IMG/VR virus record: IMGVR_UViG_3300043411_000910
Span: 24,475 to 88,474 of that record
Strand: one strand, 5' to 3'
Origin: a virus
DNA length: 64,000 bases
Position numbers and translations under genes: made by a program. The notes under the pieces were generated by a model that was not told where the DNA came from, ran no database searches, and worked only from the letters and a program-made list of their open reading frames with translations. Shown here in pieces: positions 57,192 through 64,000 of the stretch; position 1 is the stretch's first letter; each line of letters begins with the position of its first letter.

Positions 57192-57839
57192 TTATACATA
57201 TGTTATTTCTAATCTTGCACCGCTGCAAGTAACCCTATCTGTAGAAGGATTACCAACGCTCATTTTAACTTGCACTTCATATATTGTTGTGGCATCATCT
57301 CTTATATTACCAGCACTAGATCCAACAGTTAAAGCTGAAGAAGTATATAATGTTGTAGTATCGTTTGTTGTGGAAGAAGAAGCGCCAGATATTGCTGTAT
57401 TATTTGTATAATCAAAAAGTCTAATATCTGCCGTTGCACTGGTAACACTTGTTTCAAATGTCGCTATGAATTTTATTTGCCTGGTGTAGCTGCCATGCGT
57501 GGCTGGAAAATTGGTTAAATCTAGTTCTCTAGTGCCAGATCTTACAAACACAGAAGAATTTGTATTAAATTCATAAGACAAGAAATACACTGGATAAGGA
57601 ATTAATATTCCATCCAACCCATTCGTGCCGTTCGTGCCGTTCGTTCCGTTAGTACCATTGGTTCCGTTCGTGCCATTCGTTCCAGCGACACCCTGAATTC
57701 CTTGAATGCCCTGGATTCCTTGGTCACCAGTATCACCCTTATCTCCTTTATCGCCAGTGTCACCTTTTGGACCAGTAGCAAATGTTGCTGGTGGTATCGT
57801 TGTTGAGTTATCTATATTATTTGGATAATTTGTAGACAT
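57192..57839 (-). CDS. Collagen-like fibre protein
   Basis: About 18 Gly-X-Y triplets (GDT/GDK/GIQ, GTN x7) followed by a beta-sandwich head. Confidence 0.75.
   Translation of the reverse strand: MSTNYPNNIDNSTTIPPATFATGPKGDTGDKGDKGDTGDQGIQGIQGIQGVAGTNGTNGTNGTNGTNGTNGTNGLDGILIPYPVYFLSYEFNTNSSVFVRSGTRELDLTNFPATHGSYTRQIKFIATFETSVTSATADIRLFDYTNNTAISGASSSTTNDTTTLYTSSALTVGSSAGNIRDDATTIYEVQVKMSVGNPSTDRVTCSGARLEITYV
57612..57773 (-). repeat. 9-bp-unit tandem repeats encoding Gly-X-Y collagen
   Basis: + strand CCGTTCGTG / CCGTTCGTT / CCATTCGTG units; boundaries approximate. Confidence 0.8.
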
Positions 57840-57887
57840 TTATTTCCTATATAAATAACATATTTAGATAACCATTGCGAGGGGATC

Positions 57888-58505
57888 ATGAATTTTGATG
57901 ATGTATACTTAAAATCACTTAAATATTTTCCAAATGTCAAAATAAAATTCAAAAATGAAAGTATGTTTATGAAGGCTTTATCTATACTATTATTCTTTAA
58001 TAAAGATTTTGATAAGTACATAACAACTATTGGTGAAACTATTTATTTCCCAAGCAAAGAACAATTATATAAAAATCAAGATTCATCTATTCAAGTTTAT
58101 CTTCATGAGTTGGTTCATGTTAATGATTATTATAATGACAAACTATTTAAAATAAAATACTTGTTACCACAAATATTATTCATACCATTTCTATTAACAT
58201 TATTAATATCATGGAAGATATCATTGCTTGGTTTATTGTTTTTGTTACCATTACCAGCATATTTTCGTGCTCAATATGAATTAAAAGCATATGTTGCTCA
58301 GCTATATGTTAAATCAAAAATGAACAAGAATATAGATTATTACAATGAAGCCAATAAGATATATTCACATTTTGATTCTTCAGATTATTATTACATGTAT
58401 CCATTTAAGTCTATAAGGGCTAAGATTCTTGCTTATGCTTTTCTGATAAAAAATAAGAAAATGGATTTTGAGCTTAAATCAAAGTTTGATGATATTTTAA
58501 AATAA
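57888..58505 (+). CDS. Membrane-associated HExxH zinc metallopeptidase-like protein
   Basis: YITTIG..YLHELVH, hydrophobic hairpin, RAQYELKAY third ligand. Confidence 0.65.
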   Translation: MNFDDVYLKSLKYFPNVKIKFKNESMFMKALSILLFFNKDFDKYITTIGETIYFPSKEQLYKNQDSSIQVYLHELVHVNDYYNDKLFKIKYLLPQILFIPFLLTLLISWKISLLGLLFLLPLPAYFRAQYELKAYVAQLYVKSKMNKNIDYYNEANKIYSHFDSSDYYYMYPFKSIRAKILAYAFLIKNKKMDFELKSKFDDILK

Positions 58506-58541
58506 TGTTATATAATCATCAGATAACTATTTAAGGACTTT

Positions 58542-59756
58542 ATGGGTTTATTTGATGTTGCAATAATTGGAGCAGGTGTAGCTGGATCTGTCGCTGCATA
58601 TAGGATAAAAAAAGCTAATGAAAAGATTAAGCTAGCAATAATAGATGTTGGCAGACCACCTCTTAAAAGAAGAAGGCAAATAGAAGGTTGGCTTGGCTGT
58701 CTTCCAAATAGTGATGGCAAGCTATACACTCACGATTTGAATAATCTTAAAGAATTTCTTACAGAAGAATCTATTGAGTCAGGTCTCGAATATTATATGA
58801 ATTTGTATTCCAGCTTTAGAAAACCAGAACTAACAAAGAATAAACCAATGTCTAAAAAGTTCTCTAAAGAACTAAACTCCAAAGGTTATTCAATAGAATA
58901 TTCTGATTATTATCAAATCTTTCCAAAAGACATTCATCAACTATCAAAGAAAATGTCATCTTTCATAGAGGACACAAAATTTACAGAATATTTTTTCGAT
59001 ACAGAAGTAATATCAATAGAGAAAGATTCTGATAATTTCTGTATCAAGACAGAAGAATCAGAAATATTAGCAAAGAAAATAATATTTTCTCCAGGTAGAA
59101 GTGGATGGAGATTTGCTAAATCAGTATTTGACTTTTTCAAACTAGAACAAGAAAATGATTATTCTTATTATGGAGTAAGAGCAGAAGTTGAAAGCCTATG
59201 CGCTAAAGATTTTAATAAATCAATCTGCACCCTAAATAAAGATGATCTTATGTTAGGAAGATTTTCATGGGCTGGAACAACTATACAAGAAGATCATATA
59301 GATATTGCAATATCATCATTTAGATCAAATGAGAATAGATGGCTTTCAGATAAGGTTAGCTTTGATGTAATAAAGAAAGTACATAATCCTGGTAAAGGCA
59401 TGGAAGAATCTGAAAGGATATCTAAACTATCATTCTTACTAGCTAATGATAGGGTTCTTAAAGAAAAGATAAGTGTAGTTTTATCAGGCAAGGCAAAGAT
59501 ATCACCGCTTAAAGAATATAATTGGCTTTTAAGTGATTTAGAAAAAATAAATGACATAATGCCTGAGTTTACTACTAAAGCAAGTGTATATTATCCCAGC
59601 ATAATTGCAGTTCCACCAAAGGTAAAAGTCTCAGATAAGTTAGAAACACAAATTAATGGTTTGTATTTAGCTGGGGAAACATTAACTAAGTATGGAATAT
59701 TATTTTCTGCTATAAGTGGAATACAATGTGCAGATAATGTTATGGAGAGTCTATGA
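58542..59756 (+). CDS. FAD-dependent oxidoreductase
   Basis: IIGAGVAG Rossmann motif, SDGKL, PGRSG, LETQINGLYLAGE. Confidence 0.8.
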   Translation: MGLFDVAIIGAGVAGSVAAYRIKKANEKIKLAIIDVGRPPLKRRRQIEGWLGCLPNSDGKLYTHDLNNLKEFLTEESIESGLEYYMNLYSSFRKPELTKNKPMSKKFSKELNSKGYSIEYSDYYQIFPKDIHQLSKKMSSFIEDTKFTEYFFDTEVISIEKDSDNFCIKTEESEILAKKIIFSPGRSGWRFAKSVFDFFKLEQENDYSYYGVRAEVESLCAKDFNKSICTLNKDDLMLGRFSWAGTTIQEDHIDIAISSFRSNENRWLSDKVSFDVIKKVHNPGKGMEESERISKLSFLLANDRVLKEKISVVLSGKAKISPLKEYNWLLSDLEKINDIMPEFTTKASVYYPSIIAVPPKVKVSDKLETQINGLYLAGETLTKYGILFSAISGIQCADNVMESL

Positions 59757-60088
59757 GTAAAGATTACGAAGGTTACAATGGAGAATCTACACCAAAGTAT
59801 ATTTCAAGTAAATTTGAATATGATTTGTTTGATGATGAAGACAATAAAGTAAATGTATGTGTTAGAATAAAAAGAATAACTTCTCCAACAGAAAAATGGA
59901 GATTTTATGAAAATAAAAAGAATACAATCACTATTGAATCATCTGAACTAAAAGAAGATCAGATTAAATTTATAAGAACTGTAGAGGGTATTAACTATTG
60001 TATTTCTTTTTACAAGAACTTGAAAGAGCGTAGGGATATAAAGAATAAACTTTTGGCTAATCTTGCGAACATTGCACCCAAAAGATAA
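59753..60088 (+). CDS. Hypothetical protein
   Basis: 111-aa ORF, GGAG RBS, ATGA overlap. Confidence 0.6.
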   Translation: MSKDYEGYNGESTPKYISSKFEYDLFDDEDNKVNVCVRIKRITSPTEKWRFYENKKNTITIESSELKEDQIKFIRTVEGINYCISFYKNLKERRDIKNKLLANLANIAPKR

Positions 60089-60113
60089 GTGTTTACCTTG
60101 TGTGTAAGGTAAC

Positions 60114-60689
60114 ATGAGCCAGATTGAAATTTATTATTGTGACGTTGAATCAACAGGTCTAGATTTTTATAAACATTCACCAATTGAAATATCTTTAATT
60201 AGAAATTCAACTAAGGAGCAGAAGACTTGGTTCCTTGCTCCATTAGATATAGAAAATATAGATTTAGATGCTTTAAAGATGAATCATAACAAATATGAAG
60301 ATGTAATTGGTAAAACAAAAGAAGGTAAACTAAAATATATAGATCCAAGAAAAGTTCTAATTGATATAGAGAATTGGATTGTAGATGATAATATGACGAC
60401 TAATGAAAGATGGCTATGCGGTCATAATATAGCTTTTGATAAGTACATGCTAGAATTTCTTTGGAAGAAATGTAATACTTTTGATTCCTTCCCATTTGGT
60501 AGAAGGATGCTAGATACAATGCAAGTTCAATTACTTTTAGATTTAAAAGATAATGCATTATCAGATAATTATACATTATCAAATTGTATTAAACGATATG
60601 GAATAAAGAATGCCAAAGCACATTCAGCCGAAGCAGATATAAAAGCAACATCGGAATTATTCCTAAAACAAATTAGTTTAATGAAATGA
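60114..60689 (+). CDS. DEDDh 3'-5' exonuclease (DnaQ-like)
   Basis: DVESTG, GHNIAFD, LDTM, AHSAEAD. Confidence 0.9.
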   Translation: MSQIEIYYCDVESTGLDFYKHSPIEISLIRNSTKEQKTWFLAPLDIENIDLDALKMNHNKYEDVIGKTKEGKLKYIDPRKVLIDIENWIVDDNMTTNERWLCGHNIAFDKYMLEFLWKKCNTFDSFPFGRRMLDTMQVQLLLDLKDNALSDNYTLSNCIKRYGIKNAKAHSAEADIKATSELFLKQISLMK

Positions 60690-61516
60690 ATATATTATTT
60701 GTTTACTCAACAGTAGATGCTGAAATTCAAGGCTTAAGATTTTCTAGGAGTTTTAAAGGCAAAGTGAAATTTGCTTCTACATATGATTCTAAATATGTTA
60801 GTCCAGATATTAATTTAAATTTCTTTTCATTTTGGTCAACTGAATCAAAATTTGATTTATTGAGAGATTATCTAAAATCTAACAAGATAGATTGTATAGT
60901 AACAGACCATAATGCTTTTATATTTAGATTTTGTAGGAAAACAAAATTTCCATATTACTATTATTATTTTAATGAACACAACCTTAAATATTATAATTAT
61001 ACAGAAATTGTTGATGAAGCTTCTAAAGCTATAGAACAATTCTGTATATGTTCATTTGATCCAACAGAGGTTGCATTCAAAAAAAGCATAACACTTCCTT
61101 ATTATGAGCAGGGTTTAAATACCTTAATCGATAAGGAATTTTCATTTTATTGCTTGAATAATAATAAAAATCTTATAAATAAAGTTAAGTTATTAGACAA
61201 TATTTCTATATTTTCAACATATCAGGAAGAAATAAATAATAGAAAAACGGAATTATTGTTTAGTAAAGAATATAAAAAATCATTGAACACTAGTAGTTTT
61301 CTAATTATAGAGGATAACGTAACTTTAATGATTGATTGTCTATTTAATAATAGATATTTTTATGTTCTAGATAGAAATCCAAATACTAAAACAGAAAGAT
61401 TGATTAGAGGAAATGTTTGTGAATTAATAGATTCTAACACTACATTTAATAAATCATTGGTGAATTTTACTGATATGAGTGGTTATAAATATTTGCACGA
61501 AAGGATAGGAGAATAA
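60686..61516 (+). CDS. Hypothetical protein (possibly degenerate GT-B fold)
   Basis: MNILFVY and KIDCIVTD motifs weakly recall GT-B proteins. Confidence 0.45.
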   Translation: MNILFVYSTVDAEIQGLRFSRSFKGKVKFASTYDSKYVSPDINLNFFSFWSTESKFDLLRDYLKSNKIDCIVTDHNAFIFRFCRKTKFPYYYYYFNEHNLKYYNYTEIVDEASKAIEQFCICSFDPTEVAFKKSITLPYYEQGLNTLIDKEFSFYCLNNNKNLINKVKLLDNISIFSTYQEEINNRKTELLFSKEYKKSLNTSSFLIIEDNVTLMIDCLFNNRYFYVLDRNPNTKTERLIRGNVCELIDSNTTFNKSLVNFTDMSGYKYLHERIGE

Positions 61517-61980
61517 TGGCAAGTGAAGTTGGTAAAGCAAAAATCAAATTATGTGGAAATCTATTACTAGAAACTGAGACTTCTGCATTAAAAATAGTTC
61601 TTAATGTTTGTAATGTATCTAGTGATAAGTTTAAGCCAAAACAATATAAAACAGCAGCTCTACTAAATAACAGATGGAAGAAAGTAGCTGAACTAGATAG
61701 ATCTTTTTCTTATACTAGAAACTTTAAGCTAGGCGAGGTTAATACCTCAGCGGTTCAATCAGATGTTTGGGTTGTCTCTATGGTTTGTCAAGAAGAAGGT
61801 AAGACCTCTTTAGATCATCTTAAAACATGTTTAAAGAAAGTTGCTGATATGGCTAAATATGAGCATGGTTATGTTCATGTAAGTCATCTTTTATTTGAAG
61901 ATGTTCCTGAATTAACAAATGATTTATTGAAGGAATTCTTTGTAGATAAGAATGTAAATGTGTTTGTATATAAGAGCTAA
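61516..61980 (+). CDS. Macro-domain-like protein (TARG1/Poa1p type, degenerate)
   Basis: GNLL..IVLNVCN..RW..FKLGEV..VWVVSMVCQ..LKTCLKKVA..VHV..VFVY pattern. Confidence 0.6.
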   Translation: MASEVGKAKIKLCGNLLLETETSALKIVLNVCNVSSDKFKPKQYKTAALLNNRWKKVAELDRSFSYTRNFKLGEVNTSAVQSDVWVVSMVCQEEGKTSLDHLKTCLKKVADMAKYEHGYVHVSHLLFEDVPELTNDLLKEFFVDKNVNVFVYKS

Positions 61981-61998
61981 TATATATAAATTGTTTGT

Positions 61999-63876
61999 AT
62001 GGATGAGTACCTAAACAATTTAATAAAAGACCTTTCTTTAATAATGAATAAACCTAATGATCCCGAAGACGGTTCATCAGGTTTAATCGAAGCTATAGAC
62101 TCATCTGAAGAAGATGAAGATGATAGTGAAACAAAATTACATAATCCTATAAGAGCCAATTATTCAAACATTGGCGACTTTGGCGTGGTTAATGCTAGAC
62201 ATTCGGGCGGGCACCAGGGGGTAGACTTACGCGCCCCGAAGGGCACGGAAATCTACAGCATTAGCTCTGGAAAGGTGACGAACACTGGCTCAAATGCCAA
62301 GGGCGGGTTAGTCGTATCCATTGCACACGATAATGGGTTTAGGAGCTACTACGCCCATTTAGATTCTATCAAGTGTAAAAAAGGAGATGCTGTAACCAAG
62401 GATTCTGTAATAGGAACAGTTGGTAATACAGGGAACGCCAATATAACTTCTGCTCATTTACATTTTCAATTATGGAAAGATAATACGTTGGTCAATCCAG
62501 CTAATTATATATATGTTCCAAAATATTCTTTAAAGAGCCCAGAAGCTTTATCTAGTATCGCTGCAATGATAAAACTTGGAAGTCAAATAGAAGTTCCAAC
62601 TAAAGAATTAAATATAATAGGTTCTTTGTGTAAAGAGTTTTTAAGCAAGTCTTGGAAAGATGAATTAGGTTATCATTTCGATAAGTTAAACCCTGTATTC
62701 AAACATAGGCTAAGCAAAGCGCAAAGTGATAGTAATCTTATAATCAGTAAAGGCAAATATGTTTCATGGATAGATTTTAATCCTAGAGACTCAAAATACT
62801 TTAGTTATTTTAAAAAGAAAACTGATGATACCAAGGCTAAGGATCAAGAAATATTATCTGATTTAACTAATGATACAATTAAGCAAGTTTTAACTATGCT
62901 TATGGATGATTACTATAAAGTATCTTTCGATATGGAAACAGTGAGAGTTCCATTATTCTTTGAGCTAGAAGTAAAAGAAATTAAGCCAGCAGAGGATCCT
63001 AAATCAAAGAAAATAAAAAATGATCTTTATTCTCATGGTAGGTTTTTAACTAATCCACCAGAGATATTATCTATATTAACTATGGATAACAATATTGATT
63101 TAACCGATGAAAGAAATTACGAGAGAGCATTGCTTGATTTAATCAATACTTGTGTTCATGAGTTCATGCACTTCATACAGTTTTTTATAAACAAATCAAA
63201 TAAACCATCTCCAATGAAAGAATATTTCAGAAATATAAATTATTATGATAAAACAAATGATGTAGATGGATTTATTAACTTCTTTGAAAATTTAGAAAAA
63301 TCAGGTAAGTTAAATTCAGATATTAAGACTAAGAACTTCAAAGCATTTAAACTGTTTAATCCTAAAACAAAATTAGATGAAAACAGAAGTAAGTTCTTAA
63401 CTAAGACTCATAAAGATAAAGTTAAAGCTTCGGTGCAAGAGCTTAAAGAATATTTAGCTAATAACAATAACCCAGAAACCAAAAAACATGTAATTAATCT
63501 AATAAAGAATATAAAGGATGGTAAACTAGAAACTGGCACACAAGTACATCATCATCTTGATAGAGTTGAGTTCTTCCCACAAATGTTTACCGAATCAGTA
63601 GTTCTAGCATCTCACTTAAAAAGTATTCCAGTTCAATTTAGAAATGCTGCAATAAAATTATACTTTGGTGCAATTAATTATCAATCAGCTATGGGGCTTC
63701 TCAAAGAGAAAACCAAAGAATTTCCATCATTAAGCCGAAAGAAAGTCCAGGACATTTTTCAACTAATAGCAAAATCTCCTAATGAAGTAAAAGCTATAAA
63801 AAAAGATGATATTAAAAGATGGGAAGAGGCGTGTTCTAGAGTATATTCAAGTCTTGTTAGACAAGGTTTGATCTAA
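61999..63876 (+). CDS. M23 peptidase fused to a HExxH zincin-like domain
   Basis: HQGVDL, YYAHL, HLHF (M23); later VHEFMHFIQ and DRVEFFP. Confidence 0.8.
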   Translation: MDEYLNNLIKDLSLIMNKPNDPEDGSSGLIEAIDSSEEDEDDSETKLHNPIRANYSNIGDFGVVNARHSGGHQGVDLRAPKGTEIYSISSGKVTNTGSNAKGGLVVSIAHDNGFRSYYAHLDSIKCKKGDAVTKDSVIGTVGNTGNANITSAHLHFQLWKDNTLVNPANYIYVPKYSLKSPEALSSIAAMIKLGSQIEVPTKELNIIGSLCKEFLSKSWKDELGYHFDKLNPVFKHRLSKAQSDSNLIISKGKYVSWIDFNPRDSKYFSYFKKKTDDTKAKDQEILSDLTNDTIKQVLTMLMDDYYKVSFDMETVRVPLFFELEVKEIKPAEDPKSKKIKNDLYSHGRFLTNPPEILSILTMDNNIDLTDERNYERALLDLINTCVHEFMHFIQFFINKSNKPSPMKEYFRNINYYDKTNDVDGFINFFENLEKSGKLNSDIKTKNFKAFKLFNPKTKLDENRSKFLTKTHKDKVKASVQELKEYLANNNNPETKKHVINLIKNIKDGKLETGTQVHHHLDRVEFFPQMFTESVVLASHLKSIPVQFRNAAIKLYFGAINYQSAMGLLKEKTKEFPSLSRKKVQDIFQLIAKSPNEVKAIKKDDIKRWEEACSRVYSSLVRQGLI

Positions 63877-64000
63877 CATATTTAACTAGCATTAGATTAT
63901 TTTCTTTATCTAATTCCTCTATTGAGGAGATTTTGAATTTTAATGGGTTTATAAATGGAAAGTATACAGCTTTCTCATTTTTTATAATATCTGGAGTTAT
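63857..64000 (-). CDS. 3' end of a hypothetical gene running off the window
   Basis: Minus frame is open from 64000 (ITPDIIKNEKAVYFPFINPLKF...) to TAA at 63857-63859. Confidence 0.45.
   Translation of the reverse strand: MTPDIIKNEKAVYFPFINPLKFKISSIEELDKENNLMLVKYVRSNLV

Noticed and set aside
1-64000. Alternative genetic code (TAG/TGA recoding)
   Set aside because: Coding density is near complete in code 11, with intact multi-kb ORFs and TGA used in ATGA overlaps.
1-64000. CRISPR array, tRNA, rRNA, DGR or retron
   Set aside because: No spaced direct repeats, cloverleaf or reverse transcriptase seen. Intergenic gaps are almost all under 150 nt. Not verified computationally.
1-64000. Apparent abundance of AGCT, GATC and TCTAGA palindromes as a sign of modified DNA
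   Set aside because: Plausibly explained by preferred codons (GCT, GAT, TCT, AGA, CTA). Cannot be supported without a codon-aware k-mer test.

Overview
A 64 kb, strongly AT-rich, gene-dense segment of a large (probably jumbo) contractile-tailed phage read in standard code 11. 1-32.8 kb is the tail/baseplate module: partial sheath, an inserted HNH endonuclease, tube, a tail assembly chaperone with a -1 frameshift, tape measure, hub, spike, a gp25-like wedge, and greatly expanded baseplate J and wedge proteins with LamG-like and dockerin-like motifs. 32.8-38.2 kb is a sugar-modification operon: one GT4, two GT2 and an SDR sugar epimerase/dehydratase, with an atypical Fpg/Nei glycosylase and a membrane protein embedded. 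38-51 kb covers replication, transcription and nucleotide metabolism: intein-containing SF2 helicase, DnaC-like loader, DnaB, an EDxHD-type nuclease, two FmdB zinc ribbons, a sigma factor, nrdB, and nrdA fractured by a naturally split intein around a free-standing PD-(D/E)XK nuclease gene. 51-64 kb is accessory: PIN-PhoH, methionine aminopeptidase, an inverted fibre/collagen cassette, FAD oxidoreductase, DEDDh exonuclease, macro domain and an M23-zincin fusion. Highlights: (i) the split-intein nrdA locus; (ii) 16 Asp-Gly-Tyr tripeptides in four putative virion proteins directly upstream of the glycosyltransferase operon, a candidate virion-modification sequon; (iii) an Fpg/Nei lacking its catalytic N-terminal Pro; (iv) a candidate reverse-topology single-chain spanin. 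All assignments come from reading motifs by eye; no searches were run.
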